Shown here piece by piece: positions 1 to 9,696 of a stretch of DNA of 34,685 nt. Each line of letters begins with the position of its first letter. Position 1 is the first letter of the stretch. The DNA comes from Candidatus Dormiibacterota bacterium (GTDB lineage Bacteria; Chloroflexota; Dormibacteria; Aeolococcales; Aeolococcaceae), in NCBI GenBank assembly GCA_003131685.1, contig PKWB01000036.1:3846-38530 (forward strand), given 5' to 3'. The notes under the pieces are model-generated. The model was not told where the DNA came from. It saw only the letters and a list, made by a program, of their open reading frames with translations, and made no database searches. Made by a program: the position numbers and the translations under genes.

Positions 1-1
1 G

Positions 2-1174
2 GCGGCCGCGGGTCTTGTCAGCGTGGTCACGTTACTCCTGCTGGTCGGGGCCTACGTGAGCGTGCCGGCGGCGACGATCCCGCTGGGAGCGGTCGCCGCG
101 GGCCTCGGCCTGGTTGCACTCGTCCGCGCCGGGGCGCGGAGACCGGCATCTCGCGCAGTCCCAGTGGCAGCGATCCTGGCAGGGGTGGCGACCTTGGGCA
201 TGACCGCGGTCATGGCATCGACGGGCGCCGAGATCCAGAGCATCGCCTGTCCGACCCTGAGCAACTGCGTTGGGGTCGGCTGGGCCCCAGGGGGCGGATT
301 CGTCGTACCGGTGATCAATGGCACTCGGGGGAGCGTCATGTCGATCCCTGGATCCGACGCGCTGAGCAGCATCTCATGCCCGACCGCGACCCGTTGCATT
401 GCCGTCGGGTCGGGGTCCGGCAATGATCGTGGGGTCCTGGTGACCCTTGGCAAGGCGACGTCACGCACCTGGACCTTCGGCCCCGTGCAACGCGTTGCAA
501 CCGCCCTCAACGGGATCGCGTGCCCTTCGATCACCCGGTGCGTGGCTGTTGGTGATGGCGCGGTGGTGATCGCGGCGGGCGGTGCTCTTTCCCTTCAACG
601 GTTACCAGCCCAAGTCACCTTGGACGCAGTTGCGTGCCCGACGCCCGACGAGTGCGAAGCGGTCGGAGCGATCAATCCCGACGCTGACAACGGCCCAGCC
701 GTTTGGCTCGCTATCAGCAACGGCGTCATCGGCCCCGTCAACCGCGTCCACGGATCGAATTCGCTGGACGCGATCGCATGCCCGTCGGCGACAACATGCA
801 TAGCGGTGGGCCAAGGAAATCAGTCGATCACTCTGTCTGGGACCGTCGCGGGCGGGACCTTCACGTATTGGGGGACGGTCGGAGCGGCGCTGCCGATAAC
901 CAATGGGGTAGCCGGCGGGTCGCAGATGATGACCGCCATCACGAACGGAGGATCGATCTCCTGCCCTACGCAAGACGTCTGTGTCGTGGCGGGCAGTGCG
1001 ACGGGCGAAGCAGCTCCTAACCCCGCATTGCTGGTACTAAACGATGGGCGGATCGACGCCACCAGCAGCTTGAGCGGCGGCTCCATGAACCCGGAAGTTG
1101 CGTGCGATTCGCACGCCTGTCTGGTCACAGGAGCGCCTCAGGACGAAGGCGTAACCACTCTGCCGACGCCGTGA
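2..1174 (+). CDS. Membrane-anchored Cys-repeat surface protein (probable 7-bladed beta-propeller), 5'-truncated by the window
   Basis: Frame is open from base 2. Hydrophobic N-terminal segments, then seven repeats of the form [SA]I[SA]CP[TS]xxxCx[AV]VG (QSIACPTLSNCVGVG to PEVACDSHACLVTG). Confidence 0.75.
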   Translation, partial: AAAGLVSVVTLLLLVGAYVSVPAATIPLGAVAAGLGLVALVRAGARRPASRAVPVAAILAGVATLGMTAVMASTGAEIQSIACPTLSNCVGVGWAPGGGFVVPVINGTRGSVMSIPGSDALSSISCPTATRCIAVGSGSGNDRGVLVTLGKATSRTWTFGPVQRVATALNGIACPSITRCVAVGDGAVVIAAGGALSLQRLPAQVTLDAVACPTPDECEAVGAINPDADNGPAVWLAISNGVIGPVNRVHGSNSLDAIACPSATTCIAVGQGNQSITLSGTVAGGTFTYWGTVGAALPITNGVAGGSQMMTAITNGGSISCPTQDVCVVAGSATGEAAPNPALLVLNDGRIDATSSLSGGSMNPEVACDSHACLVTGAPQDEGVTTLPTP

Positions 1175-1292
1175 CAGTCGTTCCGGACCGAAGCCACTTT
1201 TCCCATCGCATGCGGTCCCGGGAGACACGAGCCGACCGAGTCGAAGAACCGTGCAGCCGACCAAAACTCGACCCACCGAGATGATGGTGCGT

Positions 1293-1321
1293 CAGGCCAA
1301 CATGCGCCAACGTCTACTTGG
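1293..1321 (+). repeat. Dispersed intergenic repeat copy R1
   Basis: caggccaacatgcgccaacgtctacttgg matches 7970-7998 at 23/29 positions. Confidence 0.6.
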
Positions 1322-1410
1322 TTGTTTGGGTCGATCAGCGATGGGCCGCGGGGCGTGATGGACGGTGTCAAAGGCCAGTCGCCCTTCGCGGTTCACGCTG
1401 GTAGGAGGCG

Positions 1411-2025
1411 ATGGTGTTCCGACTAGGAGATCCAGATCCCTGGCACCTCAGCACGGACAACGACGTTGGCGTCAACTTCGTCGTGTCATGCCTGATCAAG
1501 GACGGCCTGCAGGTCGCCCCGTTCACCGATCATCCAGCCGGTGACGGGCAGTTGGAAGCGCTCGGCCTGAACGAGAAGATATGGAGAGACTGGCTTCATG
1601 AGGTTGTGCGGCGACGCGTCGCTGTCGAGCAAGCCTTCGCTGCTGGGGTGAGCTGGTTTCCGATCCCACACTTGCGAATGCCGAGGGGGAGCGGCAATCC
1701 GATGGATGTGCCCGGCGCCCTCGGCCCGGACGGTCCACTGAGGGCCGCAATTGCCCAACGATGGACGGCGTGGAGGAGTAGGCCAGACAGGCTATCTGCT
1801 CCGGGTGAGATGCCTGAGGCTCTGGGCCCCGGTCTCTACAACGAGTTCCGGAGCTCGCGCCCACGACCTCCATATCTATCGGTTCACTTGGCAGACTACC
1901 CGTCCGTCGCCGTAGAGCCCGTTCCACCGGGCTCGCTCGTGGTGGGCCGTCCAGTGCCGACTGATGACGTGTCATACGCTTCGGTGATTCGTCGCGGATT
2001 CGCGCTGCTCGTACATGCCAGGTAG
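1411..2025 (+). CDS. Hypothetical protein (204 aa)
   Basis: ORF preceded by AGGAGG (start may be GTG 1414). Protein-like composition; no family recognised. Confidence 0.65.
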   Translation: MVFRLGDPDPWHLSTDNDVGVNFVVSCLIKDGLQVAPFTDHPAGDGQLEALGLNEKIWRDWLHEVVRRRVAVEQAFAAGVSWFPIPHLRMPRGSGNPMDVPGALGPDGPLRAAIAQRWTAWRSRPDRLSAPGEMPEALGPGLYNEFRSSRPRPPYLSVHLADYPSVAVEPVPPGSLVVGRPVPTDDVSYASVIRRGFALLVHAR

Positions 2026-2145
2026 CGGACAAGCACCGCTCGATTCTCGGGTCAACAAACTACTCCCGTGCCAGCATCGCCGTAGCGTTCGCATTGGCGT
2101 GGGGCTGAGGAGCCGCCCGACACCTCAAGAAACGGTTGCTCATTC

Positions 2146-2165
2146 CAGGCCAGGGTCCGCCAATG
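2146..2165 (+). repeat. Dispersed intergenic repeat copy R2
   Basis: caggccagggtccgccaatg, identical over 20 bp to 7970-7989. Confidence 0.85.
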
Positions 2166-2196
2166 ATGCCAGAGGCTAAAGCTCAACCAGCCTCCC

Positions 2197-2700
2197 TCAG
2201 CGGAGAGGCAGTCGGTAGCGGAGGTCGGTGGGCGGATGAGTCTGGCGGGTTCCGTCGGGTTTCCAATCCAGTCGTTCGTAGAAGGCCCTGGCGCCCTGAT
2301 CCGTCTCGAGAACCCACAGGGTCGCTGTTTGCGCGCCGCCTTGGCAAAGGTGGCCCACCGACGCGGTGAGTAGTGATCGCCCGATCCCAATTCTCTGTCG
2401 TGCTGGGTGCACGTAAAGCCGGTGGATCTGTCCCACTTCCTCGGTGTTGTGATCATGGTCTTCACTCGGGCCGTACTGGCATAGGCCGACAATCCGCCCA
2501 CCGGATCTGGCGGTCAGTACCCCGCCACCTCGGTCAGTCTGAGAGCGCACAATCTCGCCCCAATCGCGGACAGAATGCGCGACGAGTCGCTCGCAGTACC
2601 ACGCCTCGGGCGCATAAGGCCGATACGTCACCTCCCAGGTAAGGAGATGCAGGTCTCGCAGCGCCTCCGCGTCGGCCGGGTCTGCGTGTACGAGCTCCAC
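2197..2700 (-). CDS. GNAT family N-acetyltransferase
   Basis: Motif A LYVHPARQRIGIGRSLL and LWVLETDQGARAFYERLDW. Likely start GTG 2700 (the ORF extends to ATG 2754). Confidence 0.9.
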   Translation of the reverse strand: MELVHADPADAEALRDLHLLTWEVTYRPYAPEAWYCERLVAHSVRDWGEIVRSQTDRGGGVLTARSGGRIVGLCQYGPSEDHDHNTEEVGQIHRLYVHPARQRIGIGRSLLTASVGHLCQGGAQTATLWVLETDQGARAFYERLDWKPDGTRQTHPPTDLRYRLPLR

Positions 2701-2826
2701 GGCTTCAGGTTGACAGAATGGGTCGAAGAACGTGATGGTGGCGCAGGCGAGCATCGTCTCTCTAGAGCCGATTGAACACCTGGGCGCGGTCGAGTGCGGG
2801 CCAAAATAGCTACGCCGCGTCTCGCC

Positions 2827-3555
2827 CTAATCGCTGTCGCTCAGGATCCTCCCGTCGCTGAGAACAAGAGTGCGGCCGCAACGTCTGGCGATGCTCGCAT
2901 CGTGGGTGGCGACGATAAGCGTGAGCCCCCGTTCAGTTCGCAGGCGGTCGAGCACAGCGACAATCTCGGTGCCGGTATGAGTATCCAGGTTGCCGGTCGG
3001 CTCGTCGGCCAACACGATGCCAGGATGATTGATGAGCGCCCGAGCGATGGCCACGCGTTGTTGCTCGCCGCCAGACAGCTGCGATGGTAGGTGTTTCACG
3101 CGATCTCCAAGCCCAACTGCACCGAGCAATTCGCGTGCACGAGCCACCTTGTCAAAGTCAGTACGATACGGAAGCACTGGGGCCAGAACGTTATCCAATG
3201 CGGTAAGAGCCGGAAGCAGATGGAAGCGTTGGAACACGAACCCGATGCGCCGGCGCAATGCGGCTCTCTCCGAGTCGCGTAAGCGCGCGATGTCGGTGCC
3301 GTCGATTGTGATTTGACCCTCGTCGGGAACATCCATCGCGCCGATCAGGTGAAGGAGAGTCGACTTCCCTGAGCCAGACCGTCCTGTGAGCGCGAGGCTG
3401 TGTCCCGGCAGGATGTCAAGTGTCACCGCGTCAACAGCGGTGACCGATTCGCTACCGCCACTGCGATAGGTCTTGCTCACGGCGACCAGAGATACAGCCA
3501 GACCCTCGTGCTGGCTTCGCGTTTGGTAGGACAGCTCTCTGTCGTTCGTATCCAC
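2827..3555 (-). CDS. ABC transporter ATP-binding protein (LolD/MacB type)
   Basis: Walker A GRSGSGKST, signature LSGGEQQRVAIARAL, LADEPTGNLD, ATHD. Confidence 0.95.
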   Translation of the reverse strand: MDTNDRELSYQTRSQHEGLAVSLVAVSKTYRSGGSESVTAVDAVTLDILPGHSLALTGRSGSGKSTLLHLIGAMDVPDEGQITIDGTDIARLRDSERAALRRRIGFVFQRFHLLPALTALDNVLAPVLPYRTDFDKVARARELLGAVGLGDRVKHLPSQLSGGEQQRVAIARALINHPGIVLADEPTGNLDTHTGTEIVAVLDRLRTERGLTLIVATHDASIARRCGRTLVLSDGRILSDSD

Positions 3556-3562
3556 GTCGACG

Positions 3563-6346
3563 CTACTCTTCGGCGAGGGTCGCCGCCAGAGGCAGGCGCT
3601 GGAGGGTCGTGGCCACGATGCTCGCTGCGACGACCGTCACTAAGATCCCGGCGACGAACGCCGCGACCGCAGCCGCTGCGAGGAGGGAAAGGTCAGCACC
3701 GAGTATCACTTCCGCGATCCCCAGTCCAAGTACAGCGCCGAAGAAGCTTCCCGCGATGCCAATCCCGACACCCTCGCCGATGGCGACTCGAGCCACATGC
3801 CCACGGCGCCAGCCCACGGCGCTGACGACCGCGAATTCCGAGGCGCGCTCGCGCAGGTTGATGTAGAGCACGTCCGCAACCGAAGCGGCGCCCAAGATGA
3901 TGGCGAGTGACGCGGACAGGTAGTCGACCGCGCGCACCTGGTTGGCTACGAAACCCCCGAGAGCGCTGCCGACGACACCCTGATCGAATGCCAGATTGAG
4001 CGCGAGCAGCACCGTGAGCGCGGCGATGCCCACTGCGAGCGCAGCCGCGGCGAGCGCGGCTCGAGCTGGCGCGCGGCGCAGGTTGACGAGCGCCAGCCCG
4101 GCGATATGCCGCACCGGATGAGGCCGTCGCGGTGCACGTACCGCGGGTGCCACCGCGTCGAGCGGCTGTCCATGCGCAGCTAGCAACGCCGGAACGAGAC
4201 CGGAGAGTCCCGCAAGGAGAATCGCCACGGGGATGACCAGGCCGACTCGCCACCAAGGAACCTCCAAACGAAGCAGGGCAATCAACAGAGCCGAGAGCCC
4301 CGTACCCACCACACCGGCCACAAGGCCAGTGAGCATGACCTCACCGAGAGTGAACATGAAAATCATCCTTCGCGGCCAACCCAAACATCGCAGCACACCG
4401 ATCTCCGTCCGTCGAGCTCGCACCGCGGCGAAGGCTGCATTGGCAAGGAAGAATCCGCAGACAATCAAGATCAGCACGAACAGAGCCAGGCTCTTGCCGT
4501 CGACTGCGTTGAGGATCACCAGAGCGACCGCCTTCCGAACCCACGATTCGCTCAAGGTTAGGGCTGGCCGCCCGTAACTCCCGGCCGGGAGCGCAATCGT
4601 CTCGGTGGTCGGGGAAGATCCTGCCGTGATGTCTACATCCAGCCCCGTCGCTTGACGGATCGCAGCCGCGACGTGCCCAATCTGTGCGAGCTGCTGGCGG
4701 ACGCTGCCATGCAACCCGCCCACCCGTACACGGACGACACTGATCGGCGCCGTCGCGTTGACCGTCGGGAAGTCCTGCTCGAATGCCGGCAATGCGTCGA
4801 GGGTGGTCAGGATGAGCGGCGGCTGCTGAAGGTAGCCAGCCATATTCGCGTTCGGGAGTAGCGGCTGGTTGCCGAGCGCCTTTTGGCTCGCTGCGTCGGC
4901 ACCGGTGACCTGGGGTGGGTAGTACGTTTCGAGCGGGACCTGTGATAGCGCGCTGAACCCGGGCAACTTACTTGGATCGAATTCGCCAACGGTGTGGAGG
5001 GTTAACAGGTGCTCACTCGTATTCGTCCGGAGTTCTTCGTTGAGCTGTCGAAACCCCAGGTCAGTTGAGTCGATCGAGGCTGCTTCATAGCCGGTGTCCG
5101 CGAACAGGCTCGAAGTCCATACGCTGCTGGGATTGGTCACCGGAAGAGGCGTCAGTTGCCCACCGGACAGCTGTCGGTAGGAGGTGGGGCCGCTGGTCCA
5201 ATACGCGTCCACGCCCGACAGCTGCAACGGGTCCGAGAGGATCTGCTGGTACGCCTGCTGCGCGGTGATGGTGACTTTCTCAACAGGGGTGGCCCTTTCT
5301 TTCGCCAAAGCCGCGGCCAGCTTGTCTGGGAGCAGTCCTTGGTGCAGCAGATCTACTGCCGAGGCGGGTAACCGGTTGACGGTGATTTGATCGGTGTCGT
5401 CGACGAACGGGTTCGTGGTAGCCAGCACAGGGACTTGCAACAGCGGCGCGAGCGACCCAACCGTCGGTTGCGATCCTATTGCAAGGGCACTGTCGGCAGG
5501 GCGTAGATATCTTCCACTCGTCACAGCATTGCCGAGCCCAACCAGCTGCTGCTCCGCAACCGGGTCGATCGCCGCGACCAGCATCGGAAACACGACATCG
5601 ACATAGCCGCCCACGTGCCCGGGTGGCAGTTGAACCGGAGCAGTGTTGGCGGTCAAGTCTTGGCGTGACCAGCAGGATCCGTCTTGAGCCTGATAGTCGG
5701 CGAAGGGCGAGGTGAGATTGGGCACGTGAAGATAGCTCGGACAGACGGTGACCTTTTGTCCAGTGGGAAGCACCTCGGTGCTCCCCCCAATTACGGTGGT
5801 AGGTGTGCCGATGAAGCTGGTGCCGGGCCCTCCCTGGGGCGCCAGTTGATCATTGGTCACGTACACGTACCCGATAGAGGAAGGCGGGAATCGAGTCAGC
5901 CCTCGGTCGGTCGTCCGATTGTCGGTAAGAGTGAGCACCTGCGAACCGGCAGACGTCAGAACGTTGGTCACATCTATGGGGACTCGCACGTCCTGCAAGA
6001 TGTAACCGATCATCGCGATCGGTGCTGCGAGCTGTACCCCAGACATCTTCTGAATTTGTGCATATTGTTGGAAGGTGATGCCGCCGAAGATTCCTGAAAG
6101 GTAGTTGTCCCGGACCAGTCCTTTGCTCGCTTCGAGTGGTGTGGTCGAGCCGGGCGGGCGCACCAGAATGTCGTAGGCGGGTCGGAGGTTCCGCGCCACT
6201 GTGCCCTGCACTTGAGCGGTGCTGGTCGTGGTCGCCGCAGTCAAGAGGGAGAAGCTCACCGACGCCACCAGGATTCCCGCAGCGACCGCTGCCGCCCGAC
6301 CACGGCGGTGCACCAACTGCGACCAGAGCGCTCGCAGCATCACCAT
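3563..6346 (-). CDS. FtsX/MacB-like ABC permease with large extracytoplasmic domain
   Basis: N-terminal TM, a long soluble region, then two FtsX-type units (RRTEIGVLRCLGW; ERASEFAVVSAVGW). Lies 7 bp upstream of the ATPase. Confidence 0.9.
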   Translation of the reverse strand: MVMLRALWSQLVHRRGRAAAVAAGILVASVSFSLLTAATTTSTAQVQGTVARNLRPAYDILVRPPGSTTPLEASKGLVRDNYLSGIFGGITFQQYAQIQKMSGVQLAAPIAMIGYILQDVRVPIDVTNVLTSAGSQVLTLTDNRTTDRGLTRFPPSSIGYVYVTNDQLAPQGGPGTSFIGTPTTVIGGSTEVLPTGQKVTVCPSYLHVPNLTSPFADYQAQDGSCWSRQDLTANTAPVQLPPGHVGGYVDVVFPMLVAAIDPVAEQQLVGLGNAVTSGRYLRPADSALAIGSQPTVGSLAPLLQVPVLATTNPFVDDTDQITVNRLPASAVDLLHQGLLPDKLAAALAKERATPVEKVTITAQQAYQQILSDPLQLSGVDAYWTSGPTSYRQLSGGQLTPLPVTNPSSVWTSSLFADTGYEAASIDSTDLGFRQLNEELRTNTSEHLLTLHTVGEFDPSKLPGFSALSQVPLETYYPPQVTGADAASQKALGNQPLLPNANMAGYLQQPPLILTTLDALPAFEQDFPTVNATAPISVVRVRVGGLHGSVRQQLAQIGHVAAAIRQATGLDVDITAGSSPTTETIALPAGSYGRPALTLSESWVRKAVALVILNAVDGKSLALFVLILIVCGFFLANAAFAAVRARRTEIGVLRCLGWPRRMIFMFTLGEVMLTGLVAGVVGTGLSALLIALLRLEVPWWRVGLVIPVAILLAGLSGLVPALLAAHGQPLDAVAPAVRAPRRPHPVRHIAGLALVNLRRAPARAALAAAALAVGIAALTVLLALNLAFDQGVVGSALGGFVANQVRAVDYLSASLAIILGAASVADVLYINLRERASEFAVVSAVGWRRGHVARVAIGEGVGIGIAGSFFGAVLGLGIAEVILGADLSLLAAAAVAAFVAGILVTVVAASIVATTLQRLPLAATLAEE

Positions 6347-6785
6347 GTGCGATCACCGACGCTATCTGAGGTTTCGAGCATCGACCTCACAAGGCAGGTC
6401 TTGGCGCGACGCCAGCAAGATCAGTGCTGAGGGTCGGTGCTTTGCCGCGAGCAGGTTCCGGCATAACAGCAGCGTAAGACCATCCACCAATAAAGTGGAG
6501 TGCGTCATGAGTGACGTAACCGTCAGCGGCGGCGCCACGCTCCAATAGCTCTGATCGTTGCACCGGGCACTACGCTGCTGCCATCACAGGTCTGGAGGGT
6601 AGCGTTCACGGTTCCTGACCGCCCATCGGCGCCCGTGGCGACGAGAACCCCTCAACCGATTGCCAGAGAACGTCGACAGCAAACATGGTGATCTTTGGCA
6701 AACCATCCTGGGTGCCGAGTCCATGCGGCCCGAGGACAGGTCATACGTACCGGGACGCCGGATATCAGCGTCGTGAAGTTGTGTT

Positions 6786-7922
6786 GTGCCCACACGGGCG
6801 ATCGATGCGTGGAGAATCGCAAGCGTGGGCGCGGAAGGTACGAACGCAAGCCACCACCGCTCTCGGTGGGTCCCGGCGGCGGGGCTGGGCGCGATCGCTA
6901 TCCTCGTCGCGGGGGTTGGATTGGCGATCGCCGCAGCGCAGCGTCCCCGAAGTCCTTTGATTCCGCCGCCACCCACCGCCTCAGCGACGCCATCCCCCTT
7001 CCCCACCCCGCCGGCGGCTGGTCCGGTCACGGCGTTGGGTGCCAGCGTCGCCGACGATCCCGCCATGCACCGGGTCGTGCTCTTCGGCGGCGTCGACAGC
7101 ACCAACAAGACGTGGCTCTGGGACGGTCGTCACTGGACGTCGACGACTCCGCCAGGTGGCCCACCAAACCGATTCGGGGCTGCGGCGGCCTACGACCCCG
7201 CGACCCGTGTCGTCATGCTCTTTGGGGGCAGCGGTTCCCTTGTCGGCCAGGCGGCTCCGCAATTCAATGACACCTGGGCCTGGAACGGCATCACGTGGCG
7301 TCGCCTGAACAGCGGAGGTCCGACGGGGCCGTTCGTCGGTGATGGAGGCCAGATGGCCTGGGACGCTGCCCGAGACGAGATGGTCCTGGTCACGTCCGCC
7401 GGGACTTTGACTGATGGGGAGACATGGATCTGGGACGGGACCCGGTGGGTCCGCGAGGTGCATGGCGACCTCGCGGCGATCGTCGTTGACGGCACTATGA
7501 CGTATGACCCGGTTACACAGACAGTGCTGCTGGTCACCCCTGCAATAGCGAACAATCTGCATACCGCGACGTTTGCCTGGAATGGGTCCACATGGCATGT
7601 GCTCGTGCCTGACGGACCTCAGTTTGACGGGCTTGCTGTGGACGAACAACTCGGTCGGCCGGTCGCGTGCGGGTCAACAACATCCTCAGCGGCCTTCGCG
7701 GTGCAGGCGAGCTGCTGGGAATGGGCGACCACGGCTTGGTTCCCGCTCCAAACAGCTTTTTCAACAAGGTCGGCGCGGGAGGTGTCAGTCGCGGCAGAGG
7801 TTGACGACGTTGATCGCGCCCAGTTGCTGCTGATCGGGTGGCTGGTCCCACCCGTTCAGAATCAAGCACAGCCGCTGTACGTCTGGGCGTGGGATGGCGT
7901 CACATGGAGGCTGGTGGCCTGA
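6786..7922 (+). CDS. Membrane-anchored Kelch-like (TWxWDGxxW repeat) protein
   Basis: TM anchor, Pro/Thr linker, six W-rich repeats (TWLWDGRHW, TWAWNGITW, TWIWDGTRW, TFAWNGSTW, CWEWATTAW, VWAWDGVTW). Alternative start GTG 6825. Confidence 0.85.
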   Translation: MPTRAIDAWRIASVGAEGTNASHHRSRWVPAAGLGAIAILVAGVGLAIAAAQRPRSPLIPPPPTASATPSPFPTPPAAGPVTALGASVADDPAMHRVVLFGGVDSTNKTWLWDGRHWTSTTPPGGPPNRFGAAAAYDPATRVVMLFGGSGSLVGQAAPQFNDTWAWNGITWRRLNSGGPTGPFVGDGGQMAWDAARDEMVLVTSAGTLTDGETWIWDGTRWVREVHGDLAAIVVDGTMTYDPVTQTVLLVTPAIANNLHTATFAWNGSTWHVLVPDGPQFDGLAVDEQLGRPVACGSTTSSAAFAVQASCWEWATTAWFPLQTAFSTRSAREVSVAAEVDDVDRAQLLLIGWLVPPVQNQAQPLYVWAWDGVTWRLVA

Positions 7923-8553
7923 GGCTCGGACGGCAACGCTGGGCCACTTGCGGCGAGATAAACGCTGTGCAGGCCAGGGTCCGCCAATGTCTACGTGGGT
8001 GCCCGGTGTGCGCCAGGATCTGTGCGACCACCTGGGCTTTGGCATCGGCGTACTCCTGCATGTAATTCCAATGCGACGCTGCCAAGGCGCACTTGGTGCT
8101 CTCATAGAGGTTGCGATCGCCATGGTCCCGGCGCAGCTGATCGCGGAAGGCGACGAGTCGGTCTACCTCGCCGCAGTCAGCTGGGAAGACGTGGAGATTC
8201 ACACGATCCCGGATCCGAAGTACCCGGTGCTGATACCAGTCTGGTTCGCGGATACGGAGTGTGTACCCAAGTGATTCAAGCTGCGGCACATAGGAGCTTT
8301 CATCGCCGGGGTTGGGCACGACGAGTGCGATATCGATGATTGGCTTGGCAGCAAGACCCGGGACGGACGTCGATCCGACGTGCTCAATCAAGAGTGCGTG
8401 ATCGCCCAAGGCCGAGAGTATCCGATTTGCCTCACGCTCGTAATCCTTTGCCCATGCCGGGTCGTAATTGGCAAGGTGGACCGGGCCGTCCAGCCGGCTT
8501 CTACCACCGATCCATTCCGCGCGCTCGCCTTGTCCCGCCACCGCATCACTCAC
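7900..8553 (-). CDS. GrpB/UPF0157 family protein (nucleotidyltransferase-like fold)
   Basis: YDPAW, IEHVGSTSVPGLAAKPIIDI, NLHVF, FRDQLR, Y.DAK. Start GTG 8553 inferred. The C-terminal tail runs through repeat R3. Confidence 0.9.
   Translation of the reverse strand: MSDAVAGQGERAEWIGGRSRLDGPVHLANYDPAWAKDYEREANRILSALGDHALLIEHVGSTSVPGLAAKPIIDIALVVPNPGDESSYVPQLESLGYTLRIREPDWYQHRVLRIRDRVNLHVFPADCGEVDRLVAFRDQLRRDHGDRNLYESTKCALAASHWNYMQEYADAKAQVVAQILAHTGHPRRHWRTLACTAFISPQVAQRCRPSLRPPASM
7970..7989 (+). repeat. Dispersed repeat copy R3
   Basis: Identical to 2146-2165. Confidence 0.85.
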
Positions 8554-8592
8554 AACAGCATTCTCCACCCTGCCGTGGCGACGAGCCTGGTC

Positions 8593-8612
8593 CAGGCCAG
8601 GATCCGCCGATG
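8593..8612 (+). repeat. Dispersed intergenic repeat copy R4
   Basis: caggccaggatccgccgatg, 18/20 to R2/R3. Lies between the divergent grpB and deaminase genes. Confidence 0.8.
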
Positions 8613-8687
8613 TCCCGCGAAAGGATCCTCGCCGCCTCAGTTGCCCCTCGCAGACGTCCGCGACCGGGCTTCGCTCAGAATCGGCCC

Positions 8688-9116
8688 GTGAACGACGAAC
8701 TCGACGCACCGGATCTTGCGCTTGTGCAGCGCGCGGTAGATCTCGTTAGGCAGCGCGGCAACGGAAGCTCCAACACGGTGGCCGCGGCAGCTCGCGCGAC
8801 AGACGGACGGGTCATGGCCGGCATGAACGTCTACCACTTCACCGGTGGGCCTTGTGCCGAACTGGTTGTTCTTGGCATGGCTGCGTCAGAGGGATTGGAG
8901 CGGCTGGAGATCATCGTCGCCGTCGCGGATGGTGATCGCGGCATCCTGGCTCCGTGCGGTCGGTGCCGGCAGATCCTGTTTGACTATCAGCCGGGTATAC
9001 GGGTGATCGTCACGGCCGGCGGCGCGCCGAGGGCCGTGGGCATCACTGACCTCCTGCCAAATGCAAATCGATGGAGTGCCGCATCGGGAACGCTCCCAGC
9101 TTTGCATCCAGCCTAG
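8688..9116 (+). CDS. bsd: Cytidine deaminase family protein, blasticidin-S deaminase (BSD)-like
   Basis: Zn motifs PCAE and PCGRC. NVYHFTGGPCAELVVLG and RGILAPCGRCRQ match my recollection of fungal BSD. Start GTG 8688. Confidence 0.85.
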   Translation: MNDELDAPDLALVQRAVDLVRQRGNGSSNTVAAAARATDGRVMAGMNVYHFTGGPCAELVVLGMAASEGLERLEIIVAVADGDRGILAPCGRCRQILFDYQPGIRVIVTAGGAPRAVGITDLLPNANRWSAASGTLPALHPA

Positions 9117-9696
9117 AACGATTCCCGCCTATCGCCAGGACCCTCAGGCAGGCGAGCGTCCTATCACTCGACCCATAATTGGCCGCCACCGGCGCTCACG
9201 GCAGTCGTGCCACAACCTACCTTCAAGTCCGTCTCAAAGAGCCTGAAATACGTTGGCCCATAAGCCGTCTGCGGCCGATTCTGTATTCGAAATCGCCGAT
9301 TTTCCGGCTGGCATCTTGGTAAGACGTATGCCGCGAGTTCAATCTCACCTTGGGCTCAAGTCTCTTCCAAGAGCATCATGGTCGTGGGATGGCCGAGAAG
9401 ATGCGGCAGATACAGATGCACGCAGAGACCAGCACCAGGAATCCGATCCCATCAGTACCCCACGCGTCCCCTACAGCACCGTCAGCCGGCACCAGGCAGC
9501 GGAACACAGCGTCACCGGCAACGTGTCCGCCGAATACGCGATGAGCGGGCTTGTCCCGCGATGAAACGCGCGAATGTTGCAGCCGGGTTCTCAAAACCGG
9601 CGATCTCGACATCCGTAGGTTCCAGTGACGAAAGAGCGACCTCGCAGATGAACCTGAGGTTGCAGCAAGGAACGCGACCCTCCGGGGGTGCTTTCT

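Noticed and set aside
1301-1326. dif/Xer site (atgcgccaacgtctacttggttgtt resembles dif)
   Set aside because: Spacing is off by one, the XerD arm TTATGT is missing, and R2, R4 and R5 do not share the right half.
6347-6785. Gene or structured RNA in the ~440-bp gap between the permease and the Kelch-like gene
   Set aside because: No convincing ORF, repeat copy or known RNA motif seen by eye.
9117-9696. Short ORFs (e.g. 9376-9612 minus) and repeat-like ggcaacgtgtccgccga near 9517
   Set aside because: No recognisable motif or start signals; the repeat match needs a gap and is too weak.
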